From: Candidatus Undinarchaeales archaeon
GTDB taxonomy: Archaea; SpSt-1190; JASMDC01
Direction of reading: 5' to 3'
Assembly (NCBI GenBank): GCA_030753015.1
Contig: JASMDC010000008.1
Location: forward strand, 47,645-111,644
Length of the DNA stretch: 64,000 nt
Below the pieces are notes generated by a model that was given only the letters and a program-made list of their open reading frames with translations, made no database searches and was not told the DNA's origin. The position numbers and the translations under genes are program-made. Shown one piece after another: positions 19,985-29,110 of the stretch. How positions within the stretch are numbered: position 1 is the stretch's first letter; each line of letters starts with the position of its first letter.

Positions 19985-20568
19985 TCATCACGGCGTCCAA
20001 GGTGAGGCTCCTCGACATCATCCTCTCCGAGCCCGGGACACCCATCAGCTCCGCAATCCAGAACGCGAGGATGAATCCCCGGTACGCGACCGACTTCATA
20101 AACGAGGCAGTTCGCGAGGGCATCATCATCGAGGAGCGGATCGGCGGCGATGAGAAGGCCCATGTCAGGCGTCTCTACCCGAGCCTGACCCATGGGCTGC
20201 CTACCTTCCACCTCGTGGAGATGGAGAAACGCATCGCCTTCCTGATGGACCATCCACGACTGAAGGGCCCGTTCTCGCAGATCTCCCGCCTGATCGAGAA
20301 GAACGGGGGGTTCGCGCTCGTCTTCGGGAGCTATGCTCGATCCACCGAGAACGAGGAGAGCGACCTTGACCTGCTCGTGGTCTGTGGGGACCGTCCCGAC
20401 GAGTCGTCGATCAGCGAACCGTTCGTCCTCGTCGATGAACGTCCGTCGATGATGTGGGAGACGCACGAGGAGTTCTCTGAGCGAAGGGGCGACCCGCTCC
20501 ACGTCAACGTGCGCCGGGACCACGTCATCATCTGTGGTACGGACAGGTACCTCAACGCCATCACGTGA
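19981..20568 (+). CDS. HTH + minimal nucleotidyltransferase (MNT antitoxin-like)
   Basis: FGSYARSTENEESDLDLLVV motif and an N-terminal helical region. Confidence 0.85.
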   Translation: MIITASKVRLLDIILSEPGTPISSAIQNARMNPRYATDFINEAVREGIIIEERIGGDEKAHVRRLYPSLTHGLPTFHLVEMEKRIAFLMDHPRLKGPFSQISRLIEKNGGFALVFGSYARSTENEESDLDLLVVCGDRPDESSISEPFVLVDERPSMMWETHEEFSERRGDPLHVNVRRDHVIICGTDRYLNAIT

Positions 20569-20661
20569 TGGTCGCTGTACCGGGCCTGTTCAGGCCACTG
20601 ATGCTCGAAGGGATCCCCTGCCGCATGGAACGGGCGCGCCGGGCACCGTTCAGTCCACGGG

Positions 20662-20878
20662 GCCGGGGACACCATCTCACTCACCAAGGACGGCGAGATC
20701 GTCATCACGTCCGTCGACTGCGGCGTGGAGACGGTGGTCCCGGTCCGCATCGAGCCCATCACCCGCGAGCCCGCTTGCACGGCGAAGGTCGTCAGCCTCC
20801 ACACCGAATCCGACAATCTCAGCCCGGCAAGCGGGATCATCCTTACCGAGTCGGTGAACGATCCGCTCCACACCGTCA
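20662..20878 (+). repeat. Diverged direct repeat copy 2 (gene fragment, in-frame stop upstream)
   Basis: Encodes AGDTISLTKDGEIVITSVDCGVETVVPVRIEPITREPACTAKVVSLHTESDNLSPASG. Confidence 0.85.
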
Positions 20879-20929
20879 CTCCGGTAGAATGGGCGGACGG
20901 CGCGAAGGAGCGGCTGCGGCCATCGATCA

Positions 20930-21496
20930 TTACATGGATCTCTCGTTCCCGTCGAGTGCTCCCGTTATCTGCTCCGGACCGGTCAATACACTGATGCCTA
21001 CCATCGTACTAAGTCGCCGAGCGTTCGCCACGTCCACGGGGCGCATGGTGAGCGTCCCTGTCCGACCTCCCGGCAGAGCCGTGACGATCTCCCCCTCCTC
21101 GATGTCCGTGGGGAGCATGGTGACCGCTACACCGCACTTGATGGCTTGCGCCACCAGGTTGGGGACGAGGGCGTCAGCGATGCCGCGGACCACCTTCGCC
21201 ACGGTGTTCGCCGAGGCCGGAGCGACCAGCAGGGTCGTGTACACGCCCCTGTACACGTCGCTGAGGAGCTTTGCCTGGTTGGATCCTTTCTCGATGACCG
21301 GTGCGGAGAACGCATCCTCGTCCAGACGATCGATGAGCCCGTACATCCGCACCACCCGAGCGCCCTCGACCGAGAGCACGGGCCGGACAGTGGTCCCTTC
21401 GACGCTCACGTCCTCCATGGCGTCGAAAGTCGCCTCAAGGTGATGACCGGCGCCGGTAATAGCCCAGAGGATCCGTCGATGCGTACCTGATGACAT
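20930..21496 (-). CDS. Archaeal HFCD-superfamily flavoprotein (AfpA-like)
   Basis: WAITGAG, APASANTVAK, GIADALV. Confidence 0.85.
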   Translation of the reverse strand: MSSGTHRRILWAITGAGHHLEATFDAMEDVSVEGTTVRPVLSVEGARVVRMYGLIDRLDEDAFSAPVIEKGSNQAKLLSDVYRGVYTTLLVAPASANTVAKVVRGIADALVPNLVAQAIKCGVAVTMLPTDIEEGEIVTALPGGRTGTLTMRPVDVANARRLSTMVGISVLTGPEQITGALDGNERSM

Positions 21497-21789
21497 CAGA
21501 TCATCCAGTCCTCGAGCACTTCGAGCACCCGGTCCTTCAGTTCCCGGGGGCCAAGCTCGTCCGGGTCCAGTTCTTCCAAGGAGTCGGCGAGCGTCCGGTC
21601 CTGTATGACCTCGCGCACCCAGTTGGCCACGTCATTGCTCTCAGACCGGATGTGGAAAAGCAGCCCCTCCGGCGCCATCCCGAGTATGATCCAGTGGAGG
21701 TCCATGATGTCCCGGGCGGCACCCTCGACACGGTCCTCGGACGACTTGACGATGAACTCGGATCCGTCGGGGGCGGAGGGCATCATCAC
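21496..21789 (-). CDS. DUF5752-like small protein
   Basis: F..H...NDVANWV..V..D..LA pattern, recognised from memory. Confidence 0.65.
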   Translation of the reverse strand: MMMPSAPDGSEFIVKSSEDRVEGAARDIMDLHWIILGMAPEGLLFHIRSESNDVANWVREVIQDRTLADSLEELDPDELGPRELKDRVLEVLEDWMI

Positions 21790-21893
21790 GCTTCCCTGCT
21801 ACGTTTTCCGAGGTAAAGCTATTTATGTGACATGGTTGGGTGGAGCCAGGGTTCTCCATAACCGTTATAATGCTCCGTGACGATAGGTAGTGT

Positions 21894-22040
21894 GTGGGCA
21901 TCACCATCGACCCGGAGGACCCCCGCTTCAAGAAGAAGCGTACACTGCGTCCCGAGGACGTGGAGGACATCGTTCTGGAGCGCCGCGAGGTGGACCTCCC
22001 CACGAGGCGTCGTTCCCGTCGCACGAACGAGGAGCGCTAG
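21894..22040 (+). CDS. Small charged hypothetical protein (48 aa)
   Basis: Not in the track. GTG start, MGITIDPEDPRFKKKRTLRPEDVEDIVLERREVDLP..., genome-typical codon usage, TTATAA about 30 nt upstream. Confidence 0.55.
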   Translation: MGITIDPEDPRFKKKRTLRPEDVEDIVLERREVDLPTRRRSRRTNEER

Positions 22041-22109
22041 CATCATCGCGCAGCGAACGAGCGGGCGCCGCCGATTGATTTAAAACGCTCACCACTCTTC
22101 CCGCTCCCG

Positions 22110-22595
22110 ATGGTCACTGTGCCACCCGCAGCAGGCCCCCTCATCGCCGCTGTGGGCTGTTTTGCCCTCGCTCCCCGCGCTGCCAGGGGGGAGCGCATCG
22201 AGGCCAGCGACGTGGCGTTCGGCGTGGTCGCGGGTCTGCTACTGGCCGGCCTCTCCGGCACCCTGACCACTGCTCTGTCGATGGCCATGCTCGGTGCCTT
22301 GGCCTGGCCCGTGCTCCTCCTCCTTCTCGAGATGGAGGACGCACGCATCATGCCCGCCCTCGGAGCGCTCCTCTTCGCTCCAGTGCCCGTGGACGGCCGC
22401 TCCCTCCCGGCCTTCACCCTTGTCGCGCCCTATGTCCTGCTCTCGGCCATGACGCTTGACCTACTGGCCCAGCGTGAGATCTACCTCCCCGCCATCACCG
22501 TGGAGGTCGACGGCGGACCCAATTTCCCGAACTTCGTCAACCTGCCCGCCGTGATCGCTATCGCGTGCCTTGCCTGCGCTCTCCTCGTCCGCTGA
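22110..22595 (+). CDS. Hypothetical multi-pass membrane protein
   Basis: Several hydrophobic segments and a TTTAAAA box upstream. Confidence 0.65.
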   Translation: MVTVPPAAGPLIAAVGCFALAPRAARGERIEASDVAFGVVAGLLLAGLSGTLTTALSMAMLGALAWPVLLLLLEMEDARIMPALGALLFAPVPVDGRSLPAFTLVAPYVLLSAMTLDLLAQREIYLPAITVEVDGGPNFPNFVNLPAVIAIACLACALLVR

Positions 22596-22820
22596 GATCC
22601 CACATGGATGGTATACTGCGAACAGTGTTACCCAAGGACACGTAGAAAATGCGATTCGCACCCCTACGGCCTCGCTCTGCTGACAGGAGGATGGAGCTAT
22701 CCCTGATCTTCACACAAAGGACGACGTGGTCTAGAACATCGACCTAGGTCAGCTGACCGAGACCGGTGACCTCGTCTACCACGCAATGGTCGACATCTAT
22801 CGCAAGAGGAGCGGTAGCGA

Positions 22821-23141
22821 CTAGTCGCCCTTGGCCTTCTTGACGAGCTCGGCGAAGTTCTCCTGCAGACGTGTCGCCTCGGCCTCTGCTTTGGCCTTGA
22901 CCTCCGCAGGGAGCTCTATCTGGGCCTCGAGGATGTCAGCGTACATCCGTGCGACCTTCGCCTTCTGCTCCCGTACGTCGACCTCAAGGACTACATCGTG
23001 GCCCCCGATGGACTTCTTTAGCAGGGTCGTGCCCTTGACCTTGGACGACACCGCCCAGCCGAGGTCCTTGAGCTTACCAAGGAGCGTGACCTCCTTCACC
23101 TCGCCTGAGACGAGTCCCCCCAATGAAAACGCGTACTTCAT
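22821..23141 (-). CDS. Hypothetical protein (106 aa)
   Basis: Strong genome-typical codon bias and an ATG start. Confidence 0.7.
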   Translation of the reverse strand: MKYAFSLGGLVSGEVKEVTLLGKLKDLGWAVSSKVKGTTLLKKSIGGHDVVLEVDVREQKAKVARMYADILEAQIELPAEVKAKAEAEATRLQENFAELVKKAKGD

Positions 23142-23266
23142 AAAATCACTTGGAGCGTAAGGAGCGGCTCAGACTTTTGTTCCTTTCGCTTCGGCGACCT
23201 GCCCCGCGGGATGTCCCGCGGGGTTGTCGCTGTCATCCCTAGTCCCGACGCTAGCGGGGCCTGCGT

Positions 23267-25519
23267 TCACCGCCGGTCACGGCCGCCACCACGGCGGTCA
23301 CGGCCGCCACCACGGCGGTCGCGGTCCCTGCCGCCACTCCGTCGGGGGCGCTCTGGCTCGACCCACCCGGGCGGCGGGGGGTGCAGGGCCTTCATGGACA
23401 CGTCGACCTTTCCGAAGGCGACCTTGGTCACGATGACCTTCACCTTGTCACCGAGCTTGACCCTGTCCTCGATCTTGTCCACGTGGCCGTACTCGAGCTC
23501 CGAGATGTGGAGCATCCCGTCCTTGCCGGGGATGAGGTTGACGAAGGCGCCGAAGGGCTTGATGGTGACCACCTCGGCCTCCTCGTAGATCTCGCCCACC
23601 TCCACATCGCGCACGATGTTGCGCACGGCCTTCTCGGCCTTGGCGGCCATCTCGGCGTCGTTGGTGGTGATCATCACCGTGCCATCGTCCTCGATGTCCA
23701 TCTGAACGCCGGTCTCATCAGTGATGCTCCGGATCATCTTCCCGCCAGGGCCGATGACCGCACCGATCTTTTCCGGATCGATCTTTAAGGCGATGATGCG
23801 CGGTGCGAACTCAGACAGCTCCTTCCTCGGCTCGTTGATCGCACCCTGGATGACGTCCAGGATGAAGTTGTTCGCCATCCTCCCCTGGGAGACCGCCTCA
23901 CGGATGATGGGCATGGAGATACCGCGGGTCTTAGTGTCCATCTGGACGGCAGTGACGCCGTCACGGGTGGCGGTGATCTTGAAGTCCATGCCACCGTCGC
24001 CGTCCTCCATGTCCTGGATGTCCGTGATGACCTTCCAGCGCTCACCATCGGAGGCAAGCCCGATAGCTATCCCTGCAACAGGCTTCTTGATCGGGACGCC
24101 TGCGTCCAGGAGGGCCAGCGTCGATCCACAGGTGGAACCCATGGACGAGGAGCCGTTGGAGCTCATGACCTCGGAGACCATCCTGATGGTGTAGGGGAAC
24201 TCCTCCAGAGTGGGGAGCACCGGGCGAAGGGCCTTCTCTGCCAGCATGCCGTGGCCCTGCTCTCGTCGGCCGGCGCCACGGAGCTTCTTGACCTCGCCCA
24301 CGCTGAACGGTGGGAAGTTGTAGTGATGGAAGTACCGCTTCTTGATGTCATCCTCCATCGACTCCACGATGAGCGTGTCGCCGGGGGCGCCCAGGGTGAC
24401 CACGGAAAGGATGTGGGTCTCACCACGCTGGAAGAACCCCGTGCCGTGGAGGCGGGGGAGCACCGCGACATCGGCCGCTAGATGCCGGATGTCGGTGATC
24501 TTGCGGCCATCGACGCGCTGTTCGCGGTCCAGGAGGGCTCGTGTGACCTGATCGTCGATGAACGCCTGGAAGCACTTTTTGAGGATGCCCTTGAGATAGG
24601 CCTTGGCGGCCTCCTCGTCACGCTCCTCGTTGATGTACTCCCTGGCCATCTCGTTGACAACCAGTTCCTTCATCTCCTCCATGATCTCCTTGCGCTCACC
24701 CTTGGAGCCGAGGGGTTGGTTGAAGACATAGGTCTGAAGTTGCGGGACCATGCGCTCCTTGAGCCGGTCGGCAACGACCTTCTCCTCGGGAGCGAGCTCG
24801 CCCGTGAACTTCAGGTCCTCCCTCTTTGCCTTGGGCTTGCCGATCTGCTGGCGTACGTCCTCGATGAAGGCGCACAGCGGGCCCAGGGCCTTCATGGCCT
24901 CTTCGAAGGCGCCCACCATGACCTCGTCCGGGGCCTCGTTGCAGTTGCACTCCACCATAGTGATGCGGGAGCCGTCCCCGGTTACCAGGAGGTCGACCGT
25001 TGACTCTGCGAGCTCTTCCACGGTGGGGTTCACGATGTACCGACCGTCGATGTAGCCGATGCGGACACCGGCCACCGGTCCGTCGAAGGGGATCGTGGAG
25101 AGGTGGAGGGCCATGCAGCCGCCGATGAGGGAGGGGACGTCGGGCTTGTTCGCCTCGTCGAAGGTGAGGGGCATGCAGATGACCTGGACCTCGTTGCGCA
25201 TGTTCTGGTCGAAGAGCGGGCGGATACCGCGGTCGATGGAGCGACCGGTCAGCACAGCGTCGAGGGAGGGTCTGCCTTCCCGCTTGGTGAACCTGGAGCC
25301 CTTGATGCGCCCGCAGGCGTAGTACCGCTCTTCGTATTCGACCATGAGAGGGAAGAAGTCCATCCCTTCGCGAGCGGAGGGGGACATGTTCGCAGAGCAG
25401 AGCACTACCGTATCGCCTAGTTTCACAGTGAGGGCGGCGTCGGACTGAGGTCCGTAACGTCCCGTCTCGATCGTGAGCGTCTTTCCTGCTACATCGCAGG
25501 TGAATTGTCGAATGTTCAT
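23267..25519 (-). CDS. pnp: Polyribonucleotide nucleotidyltransferase (bacterial-type PNPase: 2x RNase PH, KH, S1)
   Basis: DFFPLMVEYEE, KREGRPS, RVDGR, HYNFPPFSVGE, SNGSSSMGS, GGMDFK, VIGPGGK (KH), FGAFV..GMLHISE (S1), and an RGG tail built from a 21-bp tandem repeat. Confidence 0.96.
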   Translation of the reverse strand: MNIRQFTCDVAGKTLTIETGRYGPQSDAALTVKLGDTVVLCSANMSPSAREGMDFFPLMVEYEERYYACGRIKGSRFTKREGRPSLDAVLTGRSIDRGIRPLFDQNMRNEVQVICMPLTFDEANKPDVPSLIGGCMALHLSTIPFDGPVAGVRIGYIDGRYIVNPTVEELAESTVDLLVTGDGSRITMVECNCNEAPDEVMVGAFEEAMKALGPLCAFIEDVRQQIGKPKAKREDLKFTGELAPEEKVVADRLKERMVPQLQTYVFNQPLGSKGERKEIMEEMKELVVNEMAREYINEERDEEAAKAYLKGILKKCFQAFIDDQVTRALLDREQRVDGRKITDIRHLAADVAVLPRLHGTGFFQRGETHILSVVTLGAPGDTLIVESMEDDIKKRYFHHYNFPPFSVGEVKKLRGAGRREQGHGMLAEKALRPVLPTLEEFPYTIRMVSEVMSSNGSSSMGSTCGSTLALLDAGVPIKKPVAGIAIGLASDGERWKVITDIQDMEDGDGGMDFKITATRDGVTAVQMDTKTRGISMPIIREAVSQGRMANNFILDVIQGAINEPRKELSEFAPRIIALKIDPEKIGAVIGPGGKMIRSITDETGVQMDIEDDGTVMITTNDAEMAAKAEKAVRNIVRDVEVGEIYEEAEVVTIKPFGAFVNLIPGKDGMLHISELEYGHVDKIEDRVKLGDKVKVIVTKVAFGKVDVSMKALHPPPPGWVEPERPRRSGGRDRDRRGGGRDRRGGGRDRR

Positions 25520-25640
25520 GTGGCATCCACTAAAGGGGTATCCTTTTAAATGAGCCGGTCAGCCGCCGGAGTGGGCCGCGGTATCACGGTTCTCGCCAAG
25601 GGAAAGGTATAAATAGCGACCTGGGGGCCGCGCCGACAAG

Positions 25641-26186
25641 GTGACGCTGATGGACATCTCTATTGACTATCTGGAGCGCGAGCAGATGAAGGTCGGACCG
25701 AGCGTTGGAATGGGCTGGGGGCCCACCTACGGCATCCCGCCGTCAGGCCCCTTCCACACCAGTGATGTCGTGTTCGATAACAACTACGTCGCAAGGCAGA
25801 CCGAGGAGTTCGAGCCCGCCATCGAAGCGTTGGCCGAACAGTACACTGCAAATGATGGCTGCGAGGTCCTTGCATACCATGACCACAGTCATACGACGTG
25901 GTACAACACCATCGATAAAGAGAAGATGCACGTCCACTTCAAGGGTGAGATGGACGACTTCAAGGGCTTCATCGAGGACTCGAAGGCGTCCGGGTACGGC
26001 ACGCCCGAGAACGTCCAGGTGAACGCCTCCGTGGTCGACTGGCTCACTCACCCGGTCCAGACCTGGCGCATGAAGCAAGCGGTCTCTTCCTACATGGAGG
26101 AGGTCGGCTCCGAGCTCAAGGTCAAAGAGACCGAAGAGGACGTAGGCAACCGCCACATCTACAAGCGCGAGATCACGTTCGAGTGA
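25641..26186 (+). CDS. Hypothetical protein
   Basis: TATAAATA box upstream and typical codon bias. Confidence 0.7.
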   Translation: MTLMDISIDYLEREQMKVGPSVGMGWGPTYGIPPSGPFHTSDVVFDNNYVARQTEEFEPAIEALAEQYTANDGCEVLAYHDHSHTTWYNTIDKEKMHVHFKGEMDDFKGFIEDSKASGYGTPENVQVNASVVDWLTHPVQTWRMKQAVSSYMEEVGSELKVKETEEDVGNRHIYKREITFE

Positions 26187-26203
26187 ACTGACCTCAATTC
26201 CCC

Positions 26204-26245
26204 CCGGGGGCGGTCGTTTACGCGACCGTCCTCGTTTCCTTTTAT
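26204..26245 (+). terminator. Hairpin followed by a T-rich tract
   Basis: GGGGGCGGTCG-TTTACG-CGACCGTCCTC then TTTCCTTTT, between convergent genes. Confidence 0.5.
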
Positions 26246-26323
26246 CACATGCCACGGCCGAAGGGCGTGCATGGACCTCACACTATCGGTGAGGTTGCAT
26301 GTTCCGAAGTGGCGGCCCGCTCG

Positions 26324-26731
26324 CTATCGAACGATATGAGCGGTCTCTGGCGCCATGACAAGCCAGTCCTCGTCAATGCCCGCCATGTCGGATCCGCTGG
26401 TGGAGCAGTGCGTCTTGAGACGGTTTATCGAGCGCTTGAGCTCGGACATGTCCTTCTCGCGCAGCTGCCTGATCTTGACGAGCATGATGGTATTGCCCTT
26501 CCGGAAGTGAGTGAGGATGGTCTCCGTGTCAGCGAAGTCCTCGAGCTGGGACGTGCGGATCTGGAGCGCCGAGTCGCCCGACTCCACGTTCTTGAACTTG
26601 ATCTCGGGGATCTCCGGGGTTTGTGAAGTATGAGCATTGTGGACATGATGGTACTCGTCAAGGTGAGTGGGTCGCTTGTGCTTGAAGCGCTCCAACAGCT
26701 TCTCGCCCATTCTGAAGAACCGTTCGACCAT
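26324..26731 (-). CDS. sepF: Cell division protein SepF (archaeal)
   Basis: FADTETILTHFRKGNTIMLVKIRQLREKDMSELKRSINRLK...DMAGIDEDWLVMAP. Confidence 0.88.
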   Translation of the reverse strand: MVERFFRMGEKLLERFKHKRPTHLDEYHHVHNAHTSQTPEIPEIKFKNVESGDSALQIRTSQLEDFADTETILTHFRKGNTIMLVKIRQLREKDMSELKRSINRLKTHCSTSGSDMAGIDEDWLVMAPETAHIVR

Positions 26732-26781
26732 AAGCTACCCACGATGCTGGGGTGGTCTTCCTTTAAATGCCTACCGGCGAG

Positions 26782-27048
26782 CTATCGTTGGAGCGTCTCG
26801 AGAGTACTTGCGATGTTCCAGATATCTGTCCTCGTGTGCTCCGGCAGGTTCGGATCGTTGGAGATATCGTCCAACCGGTTGATGGCCTCGTTCACGCGAA
26901 CGCGCATCGCCCTGTCCTTACCTACGAGGATGCTTTTTACGTCCTCCGCCGTCTTGCGGATGTTCCGCGGCACCGAGCGATCATCGAGTATCTCTTCGAG
27001 TATCTCACAAACCTGAGAAAGGATGTTTTCAGCGTCCATGTCCCTCAT
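26782..27048 (-). CDS. UPF0147 family protein
   Basis: DRSVPRNIR, LDDISNDPNLPEHTRTDIWNIASTLE. Confidence 0.9.
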   Translation of the reverse strand: MRDMDAENILSQVCEILEEILDDRSVPRNIRKTAEDVKSILVGKDRAMRVRVNEAINRLDDISNDPNLPEHTRTDIWNIASTLETLQR

Positions 27049-28027
27049 CTCCGAGCCTTTCCCTCAGAACCTTCAGGAGGGCCTTGATGCCCTCGTCCAT
27101 TTTCACCAGGCCATTCACGCTGGCGGCGGCATCGTGACCACCACCACTCCCTTGGATGATGACCTCAATGTTCACGAGAAGGTCCTTGTAGACGTGAATT
27201 CCCGTGCTTTTTATAAAGCTTTTTCTCGCCCGTGCGGTAATCCGGAACCCCCCCTTCTTCTTTGCTCCGACGAAGGCGATATCAGCACCGGACCTGATGA
27301 GGGCGTTGGCCACATCGGCCTCGAAAGAGTTCACCTTCGTGACGGCCACTATCCAAGGACCGATCAAGGTGAGCTCTGCCCTTTGTGCGCCCTTGAGGAT
27401 CGCGATCCTCGAGGAGCGGTCGGGTTCCAAGTGGATGGCGTCGAGCACCTCTTGATAGTTCACGTCGGTCGTTGCCAAGAGTCGGGCCATGGCGCGGAAT
27501 GTGCCGGCCTGCGCCCGTCTGAAGGACATAGTATCCGCGACCATGCCTGCGATCATTCCCGCTGCTGCCCGCGACGAAGGTACAGCTCCCGCGGCCTCGA
27601 AGAGGCGGTGGACGAGCTCACAGGTGGATGGCGAGGTGTCGTCCGTCAGGGACGCTTGATAGTCGCACGGCCCTGCATACGGATGATGGTCCAGAACGAC
27701 GGGCCGCTTCCAGGGGATCAGGGGTGCCACCTGGTCAGGGTTCTGGACGTCCACGAGCACGGGCAGCCCCCCCGGGTTCGGGGGCCTGACCTCGAACTCT
27801 GCGTCCAGATAGTCGATTAGCTTACGCGCAGCGACGCTGGCATGCGAGCCTGATCCGATCCTCGACGGGATCCCGAGCTGTTTCAACAGCTCCTGGAGCG
27901 CGATACAGGCTCCTGCGGCATCGAGGTCAGCGTTCTGATGAGTGATGAGGAAGGCGCCCCCTCGTGCGGCGGTGAGGGCAGCGAGGACACGTTGAACGTC
28001 CTCGTCGGTGCAGCCGTTCTCAGGCAA
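27029..28027 (-). CDS. DHH/DHHA1 family phosphoesterase
   Basis: HQNADLD, DHH, GGGHDAAA. Confidence 0.9.
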   Translation of the reverse strand: MPENGCTDEDVQRVLAALTAARGGAFLITHQNADLDAAGACIALQELLKQLGIPSRIGSGSHASVAARKLIDYLDAEFEVRPPNPGGLPVLVDVQNPDQVAPLIPWKRPVVLDHHPYAGPCDYQASLTDDTSPSTCELVHRLFEAAGAVPSSRAAAGMIAGMVADTMSFRRAQAGTFRAMARLLATTDVNYQEVLDAIHLEPDRSSRIAILKGAQRAELTLIGPWIVAVTKVNSFEADVANALIRSGADIAFVGAKKKGGFRITARARKSFIKSTGIHVYKDLLVNIEVIIQGSGGGHDAAASVNGLVKMDEGIKALLKVLRERLGDEGHGR

Positions 28028-28373
28028 TGGGCCCGGCCGGTCCCTGGATGAGCTTGGTCACCTTGTCGGAGAGCTCGGTCACCTTCTCGTTGACCTTCCC
28101 CTCCTGACGGGTTAGCGTCTTGATGCGAAGCTCCAGGGTCTCACGCCGGTCGTCCAGTTCCTTTTTCACGTCCTTGGCCTTCATCTTGGCAAGGATGGGG
28201 CCCACTGCCTTGTACACGTCCTCGTCCTTGACCCCCTCCAGGGACTCAAGGGCGGACATGACATCGGTCAGCTGGGTCTCGATCTGCTGCTTCTGAATGA
28301 GTATCGTCTGTGCCTGCTGCTGGTATTGCTGCAGCTGGAGCACCATGTGCTGTGCTTGTGGGGATATGTCCAT
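28020..28373 (-). CDS. pfdB: Prefoldin beta subunit
   Basis: VYKAVGPIL, coiled coils, conserved archaeal context. Confidence 0.93.
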   Translation of the reverse strand: MDISPQAQHMVLQLQQYQQQAQTILIQKQQIETQLTDVMSALESLEGVKDEDVYKAVGPILAKMKAKDVKKELDDRRETLELRIKTLTRQEGKVNEKVTELSDKVTKLIQGPAGPIA

Positions 28374-28374
28374 G

Positions 28375-28590
28375 TCAACTCACCTTGTCAACGCTGAGGA
28401 TGATCTTAAGCCACCGGCAAGTGGCGTTTATTGCGGCACGGAGGGCATTGAGGTCATCGGCCTCGACCAGGATGTCGTCACCGTCGAACCGAGTTCGCGC
28501 CCGCCGCTGCTCGTTAGTTCCAAGAGGCCGAGTCAGCACTGTACGGACGAGCTCCGGCCGTTCTGGGGTCAGGCGGGCTGTGAAGGGGAT
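28375..28590 (-). CDS. pcc1: KEOPS complex subunit Pcc1 (no canonical start; ATC proposed)
   Basis: ILVEADDLNALRAAINATCRWLKII motif in the conserved rpoP-pcc1-pfdB order. Not in the ORF track. Confidence 0.8.
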   Translation of the reverse strand: MPFTARLTPERPELVRTVLTRPLGTNEQRRARTRFDGDDILVEADDLNALRAAINATCRWLKIILSVDKVS

Positions 28591-28602
28591 AACGGGAGCC
28601 CC

Positions 28603-28740
28603 CTACTGCGCCAGCACCGACTTGATGACCCTGGGCCGTGCCTTGGCCAGGATCTTGTAGCCGCAGAATGGGCAGCGGATCCGGCGCATCTCCGAGGTCG
28701 AAGGATCGATCAGACGCTTGCACTTGAGGCAGATGAACAT
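28603..28740 (-). CDS. rpoP: DNA-directed RNA polymerase subunit P (Rpo12)
   Basis: MFICLKCKR...IRCPFCGYKILAKARP, with a GGAGGTGA RBS. Confidence 0.93.
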   Translation of the reverse strand: MFICLKCKRLIDPSTSEMRRIRCPFCGYKILAKARPRVIKSVLAQ

Positions 28741-28745
28741 CCTGT

Positions 28746-28970
28746 TCACCTCCTCCTCGTGGAAGGCGCGTAAGCACCTCCAGCGATCTTAACGCCGCAC
28801 TTCGTGCAGGACCAGAGTCCCGCATTGGCGCGCTTCAGCTTCGGAGCCTTGCACTGGGGGCAGACATGGAACGCGCGGGAACTGCTCTCCACCTTCGCCA
28901 CCATCCTGCGGACCCTCTTACCGTAGCGGCAGCCGAACCGGCCAGCGCTTCCTACCTTCTTCGTTGCCAT
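28746..28970 (-). CDS. rpl37ae: 50S ribosomal protein L37Ae (eL43)
   Basis: KKVGSAGRFGCRYG, CPQC..CTKCG, AGGAY. Confidence 0.95.
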   Translation of the reverse strand: MATKKVGSAGRFGCRYGKRVRRMVAKVESSSRAFHVCPQCKAPKLKRANAGLWSCTKCGVKIAGGAYAPSTRRR

Positions 28971-28997
28971 GATGATCGCCTGTTTTCGTGATGTGAA

Positions 28998-29075
28998 TGG
29001 TGGGGCCGCCGAGATTTGAACTCAGGTCACTACCACCCCAAGGTAGGAGGATAGACCAAGCTACCCTACGGCCCC
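28998..29075 (-). tRNA. tRNA-Pro(GGG), CCA encoded
   Basis: GGGGCCG acceptor stem, CTACC-TTGGGGT-GGTAG anticodon arm, GTTCAAATC T-loop, ends ACCA. Confidence 0.95.
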
Positions 29076-29110
29076 TTTATCACGTTTCGTGTGTACCCTC
29101 CACCTCCTAT

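Noticed and set aside
19138-20878. Diversity-generating retroelement TR/VR pair
   Set aside because: Mismatches are not adenine-specific (many C/T and C/G third-position changes), and there is no reverse transcriptase in the window.
22596-22820. Possible gene or ncRNA in the intergenic gap
   Set aside because: Only short stop-interrupted frames and no clear structure. At most a decayed fragment.
23273-23322. 21-bp tandem repeat as an independent element
   Set aside because: It encodes the GGRDRRG low-complexity tail common on PNPases.
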